Positions 55,127-64,000 of a stretch of DNA of 64,000 bases are shown here, in pieces. This DNA comes from Octopus vulgaris (taxonomy: Eukaryota), in the NCBI GenBank assembly GCA_951406725.2, contig OX597816.1, positions 90,582,001 to 90,646,000 of the forward strand, written 5' to 3'. Under the pieces are notes generated by a model. It was not told the origin of the DNA. It saw only the letters and a list, made by a program, of their open reading frames with translations, and did no database searches. Each line of letters opens with the position of its first letter. Position 1 is the stretch's first letter. The position numbers and the translations under genes were made by a program.

Positions 55127-55662
55127 TTAAATAAGCTGTTATGTGTATAGGCCTGTTATAATTTGTGAATTGTTTATAATGCATGATCTATTTTCATATA
55201 ATTTGGATAAGGTAGTTATGTTGCGAGGAGGATAAGAATATGTTGCTTCCAGACTGATAGTTTGTTTGGAAAAAACTGAAAAATAAGGTTTTGTTTGTGA
55301 CGAAGGGTCCTTAAACACTAGCCTTATAACATCTCCACAGCATACAAACTTATCCACCAAAAATCTCGTTGCAGATATTTTTGGTGACGCAGGCAACGAC
55401 CATGATGATGACGACGACGATGAAAAACCCTCACCACCATAACCACTACTAGTCCTACTACCACCACCAACAACCACCACCAATCACCACCACCACCACC
55501 ACCAACACCAACACCACCACTAATTTCTGTGGACACTTAATTTTTTTTATATAACCGTGGATATAAAACGTTTGCGTGACTATTAACCTCTAGATTTATT
55601 AGTTCATGAAGAGTAAAACCAATAATAAAGGATAGACAGCCGCCTCCACCAATGACTACACC

Positions 55663-55693
<31 letters not shown>

Positions 55694-56094
55694 CATACAA
55701 ACACACACACATACATACATACATACATACATACACACACATACATACATACATACATACATACACACCCCACTCACTTATATACATTAGACTAGCGATT
55801 TCGATTATGCTTCGGAAGTGACCTGAACACATGACATTGATAAGCCGCAAATACGGCGAAGTACATTATCTGTCGTATTCGTGATCACTGTTGGGGTAAT
55901 TTCGTATCACCCAGCGCTGAAATGTAATGTTTTCTTTTCAACACAATGTTTTTCTAGTTTGGTATTCAAAACATGAAAATATACCACAACTCAGCGACTC
56001 GCGATTTTTAAAACAATCTTTGCGAACATAGATACTCACTATCGAAATTATAAAATATTCATATACCAAAGACAAAATACATGCAAAAAACATA

Positions 56095-56310
56095 TTGGTT
56101 TCAAATTTTGGTAAAGGCCGGCTAGTTCGGGGGAGGAGGTAAGTTTATTGCATCGACTCAAGTCCACAACTAGTACTTATTTTATCGACCTCAAAAGGAT
56201 GAAGGGGAAAGTCGACCTCGGCAGAACATGAACTGAGAACGTAAAGTGCCGGAAGAAATGTCGTTAAGCATTTTGTATGGTGTGCTAACGATTCTACCAG
56301 TTCGCCACCT
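56095..56310 (-). mobile_element. Family A SINE; another at 58035-58240 (-)
   Basis: Family A core and head motifs, next to (CTA)n and (AAT)n tracts. Confidence 0.8.
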
Positions 56311-56375
<65 letters not shown>

Positions 56376-56599
56376 ACAATAATCCTTTTTACTAAAGGCA
56401 CAAGGCCTGAAATTTGGGGAGGGGAGGGGACTAGTAGTTTATATCGACATCAGTGCAGAAGGTTATTATTTTCAGAGACATATCTGGGTGTGCGTGGCTT
56501 ATATGGTATTTGTTGAGGGTAATCATCTAGAGATGGTTTGAATACTGCCGTTTTTGCTGCTGTCGATGCTGGTTGCTTCTCTGCTGTTGTTTCCACTAT

Positions 56600-57420
56600 T
56601 GTTCTTGGAGATGTTGCTGTTACTGCTGTCGTGCTTCTGTGATCGCAGTTGCTGCTACGACTGTTACTGTTGTTTTTGAAGCTGCAGCCACCTGCTTCTG
56701 CTGTTGCTGTTGTTGTGCAGGTGGAAAAGCGCAGGCCTCTCTTCTTTCTTTTGTGGTGGGCAGAAAGCCTTTAGATCGTTTGTGTCCCCACACAGTTGAC
56801 AATTTGGCTTTCTGCCCTCAACAGCCACATGTAGTTTTGAGCCATCCGGTAGGCTTATATAATCCGGGACATTTTTCACACTTGCTGATCAGTTTGTATT
56901 AGCTGCATCCCTTGACAAAACCAGATCTGCTTGTGAATCTTATGGATTTGCAGAATCTTGGTTTCCTCCTCTATGTTTAGGAGAATTGCAGCTACTAACC
57001 AGTAGATGATAATTTCTGGTGGAATATTGAGTATTCTGATTCTGTATACTCTACGTCCCAGGTAGGTGGGTATAAGAATTATTTCATCACTCGTCAGAAT
57101 GGCTGTCGAATGACTTTTTGCTTCCTTCTCTGAAGCGAACCTCACCTCGACAGTCCCATACTTCTTCCCCTGGTCACGAAGGTTTTGCTCTTCCACACCG
57201 TTCTCGGGTATTTCTTTAATTGTTGCTATGTCTCTGCTCAACTTTTCTACTTCTCGCTCCAATTATTTTATATAGAACTGTCCACAAACTGATTTCATGC
57301 TGGACAGTCCTGGGAATGTTTAGCGCCACATTTCTGCCACATTTCTTCAACATGCATTTAATATTTCTGAACTTATTTTCATCTAAGAAAATATCTTCAC
57401 TCACGTGTCGGCTGCTTGCG
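56600..57420 (-). pseudogene. Non-LTR retrotransposon ORF1 (RRM-like region plus zinc knuckle), frameshifted
   Basis: KKYGTVEVRF...PTYLGRRVYRIRILNIPPEI...VAVEGRKPNCQLCGDTNDLKAFCP: a CX2CX4(H>D)X4C knuckle preceded by an L1/Tx1-ORF1-like segment, split over three ORFs. Confidence 0.7.
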
Positions 57421-58247
57421 CGAAGTCGAAATCGTTCCGATTGGATTTGCTTGAGTCGATTTCATTGTTTTTCGTCAGTCATATCGGCGACGGTGATGGT
57501 GGTGGAGTTGGACCTGCTGCTGCTACTACGAGGTGGACTTTGTACTTTTTCTACAGCATTTTCTCCTCCCCTTCTCCTGTATTATTGCCAGTAAAAGAGG
57601 AAGGGGAGGGAACTCTACATCAGTCACTAGACCTGCGGGTGGGGTAGTTTTTTCTTAACTCTTTCAGGATAGGATCTGCCATCTTGTTGAATTATATGTG
57701 ATTAAACACCCACCGAACTTATTTCTGGAGCGAATATAACCCGCAAGGGGGCAAACAAGCGCAGAAACCCAGTGACAGTTTCCTGGTGTTTCTATTAACA
57801 ACAGGGAACAAAATGTAAACCGAGAAAACGGCACCAAACGGGTGTAAACAAACGTTTTCAAACAGACTTACTTGGAGCGATGTACTCCGCAGCAAATATA
57901 ATAATAATAATAACGATACTGATAATAATAATAATAATAATGATGATGATGATAATAATAATGATGATAATAATAATAATATAATGATGATGATGACGAT
58001 GATGATGATGATGATGATAATAATAATAATAATAATGTTTCGAATCTTGCCACAAGAGCAGCAATTTTGAAGGAGTGATGAGTCGATTACATCGACCCCA
58101 GTCTCCAACAGGTACTTATTTTATTAACCCCGAAAGGATGAAGGGTAAAGTCGACATCGGCGGAATTTGAATATAGCGACAGGCGAAATACCGCAAAGCA
58201 TTTCGTCCTGCGCGCTAACGAGTCTGCCTCCGCGCCGCCTTAATAAC

Positions 58248-58298
<51 letters not shown>

Positions 58299-59685
58299 CA
58301 CAAAAACTACAACACTCTTCATTGGCTGCCAAAAACATTTAGGATGTATGCGGTTTAGAACTCAAAACAGAGATTCAAAGACTCTTGACTTGCACTACAG
58401 TGTTACAGATTTCCCATCAAAACATACAATGAAACAGTATAACGAAGTGGCATACATTATGTAACTCCAGAATATATGGAGATTGTCTCTTATTGGAAAT
58501 GGAGTAAAGGGAGTATGGAAATTGAAAAAAAAAAGGAGCATCCGTGGGAAAGATGTAGACAAAGGTACAACCAAAATGCAAGAACTTACAAAACTGCGTA
58601 ACGTAGAAAACATCACTGTACACACATTAGTAGCATACTTAGAATTTAATAGAAAATAGGAAAAAAAGTGAAAAAAAGAAGAAAAAAGCGCTCACACGCT
58701 TTGTTTATTGAAAAATAATAATGCTTGCTGCGATAAACTATACTTTGAGGTTCAATAACGTAACTAATTTGCTCTACATGAAACGAACCATCCCATTTCA
58801 ACTGCTTCAAGTTCTTCCATTTATCTTAGAAAATGATAATGTGAAAAATAGTGTGGAAGAAGCATACAAACCGACAGCCAAATTGTAAATCGTTTTTTTA
58901 TGTGATTAACACAAGAATACCGTACTAATTATCATTACAACAATATGATATGATTATGTTTTGCAAAAGTGAGCTAAAAGAATTAGAAATTACACTAATC
59001 TAGCTTTCGTGTCAAAAACATTATTGCAGTATATCACCCCATCTTTAATGTGATGTATACCCTTTCGACTGTGAAGATGCAGGAATCTGACAATGAAATG
59101 AAACAGATTGATCAACGGAGCAGAGGATTTGGAATGGCAGGGAAGAGATACCATCTAGGAACTTCCCAAATTAGCATTCGACAAATCGATGAGAGTAAAC
59201 TGCGTGTGTAAAAGGTGTCTGAATGAGAATGAAAATTGAATATAGTGACTTAACCAAATTTTCGGATCGACCCGAACCCTGTAAATGGATTTGGGTAGAA
59301 GGAAATAGTGCAGAAACCTGTCAGACTAACTATATCCGTAATTCAAAGGTCCAGCCTTGTCACACTGACTCTACTTGAGAATTACGTTCAGTAATTTTGC
59401 ACGATAATTCAATGAATAGGCTATTCACTTCATCGAACATCTACTCAGAACTAAGGTTTTTTGTAAAATTAACGTTACTACCGATTCTTTTGTAACCGTG
59501 GTTCTTAGAATCCATTCTGTGATATTTCTACATTTAGAGGGTCATTTGGTGATGTGTCTGATGAAAGATGCATCCGTTTTTGCATAATTATTCCTAATTC
59601 TCATATTCTTTTCTACTCTAGACACAAGGCCCGAAATTTTTGGGGAGGGGGCAGTCGATTAGATCGACCCCAGTACGCAACTGGT

Positions 59686-59716
<31 letters not shown>

Positions 59717-59829
59717 TACGCACATATATATGTTAGATAAATAAGTATATACATAAACACGCACACGCATATATGTCCATTATCCGTTAGATTGGCCGAG
59801 AGTACCTGATAGCTTATACCTGATAGCGT

Positions 59830-60430
59830 GATCATAAATTATAGTGAACCTAGGATCGTGCTTTTGCATACATTATATGTTACAAGGGAATTGACAGAGA
59901 GAAACTGTCGCCGGCAATAGATTGATTTCTATCCTGTAAAAGCCAAGAACGAAGCACCAAGTTTTCCCCGGATACCAAAATCTCTTAATCTTATCAAAAA
60001 CTTTAGCTATATTTCATGATTTATAAAGTCAGTACCGATATCCCTTTGAGGATTGCCGAGGGTAATGTAATGGCAATATCGTGGTTGTATCATGCAACAT
60101 CATCCTGTTCGAAAACCGTTCTGTGTATAAGTTAACAGAATGTTTTCCTTAGGAGTATTCCCCTTTTTAGACGATGCGTTCTACTATCTTAAATGTATGG
60201 GATACAAGAGAAACAAGTCTAATTTGTAACTTCAACCCTGCTACCTACTTTGTAGATCGGTTTTAGTGCTGCGTCTTTCCGCAGATCTTATAATAGTCAG
60301 GTCTTTAGAGTTTTGGAATGATATCTTTAATGGCATAAAATACTGGTAGTCTTTCATGTCCGAGAAAGATAGTTCTGCAATCAAATGTTTGTGCTCCACA
60401 TAAGTTTGTTCTTTCCATGAAATCGACATT
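59830..60430 (-). mobile_element. LINE reverse transcriptase remnant
   Basis: KPIYKVGSRVEVTN*/LVSLVSHTFKIVERIV, NGFRTG, KVFDKI and FGIRGKL match RT motifs (PIYK...NYRPVSL, QHGFR, KAFD). Confidence 0.75.
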
Positions 60431-61224
60431 GCCTGTACAAACGTAGTAGCGTATCACACGTCATATGTCGAAGTGATCACATAACAATGTTGCAGTAAGG
60501 CTATTTTTTAACGTGTTTTGTAGCTCGGCTCAGAGACCATGAAGTTTTGTGCAGAGGTTGGATCCATATAATGAATAGCTACACGTATGAAGGCGCGTGG
60601 CTTAGTGGTTAGGATATTCGACTCACGATCGAAAGGCCGAGAGTTCGATTCCCGGCCGTACATTATGTCTTTGAGCAAGACACTTTTATTCCACATTGTT
60701 TCAGTTCACTCAGCTGACAAAAAATGAGCACTACCTGTAATTCAAAGGACCAGCCTTGTCACATTCTGTGCCACGCTGATTCTTCCTGAGAACTACGTTC
60801 AGAGTACGCGTGTCTGTGGAGATTTCAGCCACTTGCACGTTAATTTCACTATCAGGGGGATTCCGCTGATCGGATCAATTGGAAGCGTCATCGTTGTAAC
60901 CGACGGAGTGTCAGTTGACATGTATGAGATCTTCCATAGTATCTTCCATAGTATCTTCTCGCTGTGTCTCCGCACTTGAATTCAGGATGTGAAGAATTCG
61001 CTTGAACTTTATACTATATGCTGATCATCGGAAGGAAGAAATCGTTATTGTACTATTGTCCCAAAGTTTATGTATTTGTGAGGACTCAGTGTATGATCCT
61101 TAGTGATCCATTAGAGGACCAGTCTCTTTACTTTGTTTTTCAAACGGAAGAACTCGAGATTAGGTTTTAGATTTTACCTCTTCTTTACTGTCTATCGCCA
61201 TTAAGCTTTCTTTTCTTGACCCAG

Positions 61225-61227
<3 letters not shown>

Positions 61228-61309
<82 letters not shown>

Positions 61310-61318
61310 ATCTATCTA

Positions 61319-61353
<35 letters not shown>

Positions 61354-61354
61354 C

Positions 61355-61412
<58 letters not shown>

Positions 61413-61523
61413 CGTCTGTCTATCTATCTATAGGTGTGCGCGCGCGTATATGTGTCTGTGTGCACATCTCTTTCTACATGCACACACGCAGACACACAAA
61501 TATACATACATATCCATCCATCC

Positions 61524-61620
<97 letters not shown>
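61228..61620. repeat. Compound (TATC)n/(TGTC)n microsatellite
   Basis: Directly visible. Confidence 0.95.
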
Positions 61621-61622
<2 letters not shown>

Positions 61623-62644
61623 CACACATACATGCTCACACACACGCACACATGCACACAAGCATATATACATACTACTAGAATTCTGCAGCATGCTGTA
61701 CGAAGTAGGCGTATATATATGTTTTGTTTTAATATGTTAGAAGGATACAGTTTGTGATTGGTGAGATTTTCTAACTAGTATAATTGAGTTTAATTTAATT
61801 ATTAGTAAAGAAGTTAATGACTGATATGGGTGTGTTGATTCGCTGTTTAATTACACTCTGGATATTAATTGGACTAATAAATGCACAGGAACATAGGAGG
61901 AGATATGTATATTTTAAGATTGGTAGCTTGAGTAATAAGATACAGTGTTATGCACATGTATGCATACATACATACATAAACACACACACACATATACATA
62001 CATACATAGCATATATATACACATACATATACACACATATATATACATATACATTGTATATATATATATATATATATACTTTTAACTTAGACACTACCTT
62101 ATCTATCTTCACTCACCCTTCAGGGTATATAAATCTTGAAGGGCATATTGTATAGTTGGGAAAGAAATAAAGATTGGAACTTACCATTAGAGGGTAATGT
62201 ATTCCTACACCACACTATATCTTCCTCTTTTACAACACTTTATTCTTATCTTATTCATCAAACTCATTATCATCAAACTCTGGTCACTACTGTCTTGAGT
62301 CTTTGGACTCAGAGCTGTTTACTCGCTTTCCATCACTGAAAGCAGACCATTTCCCCTCAACGAAGACAGCAGTCTGTTGCAGGGTTACTTATTTACAGCG
62401 AAGTGAATTGGTGCAACGTGAAATGAAGTGTTTTTGCTCAAGAAAACAATGCACCGCCCAACCTGGGAATCGAAATCACGATTTTGCTATCGTGAGTGAG
62501 TGCAACATCCTAACCACTCGGCCATACGCTTTCACTTATCCTACGGAAAGCGTAAAAAATATAAAACACTAGTTAACTCACACTTTTGGTACTAAAATGT
62601 TTCCCAACATTAAACCACATGAAGGCCACCCATACAAACACACA

Positions 62645-62706
<62 letters not shown>

Positions 62707-62919
62707 GTGGAAAAGTTTTTGGCTTTGAGGGTCTCGTGAAAGGCCTAGTTGGAAGCCCAACCTTCTGAGTTCTTATACAGGGCTTAAAAAAACTAAACGA
62801 CCGTTGCAATAAGTGCGTGAATCATAATTAGCTGATCCTCCTGTATTTTTTTTTACTGAAGGCGGGGCGCATTTTAGCACCATGTCCTATTTAAAGCTTG
62901 GTAGCTTACACTACCAAGC

Positions 62920-62983
<64 letters not shown>

Positions 62984-63136
62984 CCTATGCTACTATGTAT
63001 TTGTTAATCCAATTAATGCCTAGATTGTAATAAAATAAAAAGCTACACAGATCCGTTATTAATTTAGTCTCAATTCTCAATTTAGTAAAAATGCATGTGT
63101 GTTTGTGAGTGTGTGTATGTGTGTACGTGTGTACGT

Positions 63137-63184
<48 letters not shown>

Positions 63185-63462
63185 CTATTTCGTAGCCAAG
63201 ACATGTGCGAATCAGCATTTTAGGAATTTCAACAAAACGGCTGACTTCATTATTAAATTCATGTATACTTCACGTGAAATTAGTAACTTCTTTCAGGCTC
63301 AAAATTTACAAATTTTTCGTTGCATGACAATAATAAATATGATTGACTCAGCAAAAGATGAACTTAAGGGACCAAACTGCTAATTTATTATTATTTCTGA
63401 AAAATAATTTCTCTTCCACTTATGATCTCTACCGGTTTTTGACCGATTCTAACAATCCAAAT

Positions 63463-63507
<45 letters not shown>

Positions 63508-64000
63508 ATACACACACTGACAATCACACACATACATATATACACATAAGTCGCCCTTCTTTAGGTTTAGACTATCACTTGTTAAGTATCTATCTACCTG
63601 TCCGTCCGTCTGTATGTTTCTATGTCTGTCTATCTGTTTAAAATCTTTTAAGAGACTTGTCTCAGACTAAATAGTACAAATAGCGTTGCTCACTTCTTAA
63701 TTAAATGCTCTTTCAAGTGCGTATATCAATTTAACTTAAACCTTGTCAGCTTCCGCACAAATCAGTAAATGTTTAGTTGCTGATTTCTACACATAAGTGA
63801 AAGGTCTGACTTGGCTCAAAATGAATGTGAGTGTGCATCACTGAGGAGGTGAAATTAAGCCCAAACACTGGTGTTTGACGTCCTGTTCATGACATTCTGA
63901 ATAAGCGCTGTATTTTAAATACACTAGGTTTCGTACGAGAAGTTTATCTAAAATAAAATCTTACAGCTAGTATCTTTCTCCGTTTGTATATACAATCTAA

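Noticed and set aside
60241-60429. ORF initially resembling a Harbinger transposase N-terminus
   Set aside because: Adjacent frames give LINE RT motifs (PIYK, VSL.SH..KI.ERI), so it is part of a LINE remnant.

Overview
AT-rich, microsatellite- and SINE-dense animal genomic DNA. The repeat landscape looks like a coleoid cephalopod, probably Octopus (inference). The only clear host coding sequence is one 293-nt internal exon of a Wnt5-type gene on the minus strand (41488-41780), so most of the window is probably its very large introns. There is a 100-N gap at 18370-18469. The rest is transposon material: tRNA-derived SINEs, a hAT remnant, a mariner-derived MITE, an intron-containing IS630/Tc1-type element, non-autonomous Helitrons, LINE/CRE fragments and Penelope-like ends with minimal hammerhead motifs. 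The most notable element is at 23509-24911: a non-coding, highly structured 483-485 nt unit repeated in tandem and folded back on itself inside (TA)n. It carries three copies of an intact type I hammerhead ribozyme with an unusually long stem II, and is a candidate retrozyme/circular-RNA element. One ribozyme copy lies on the Wnt pre-mRNA strand. All structures and alignments were done by eye.
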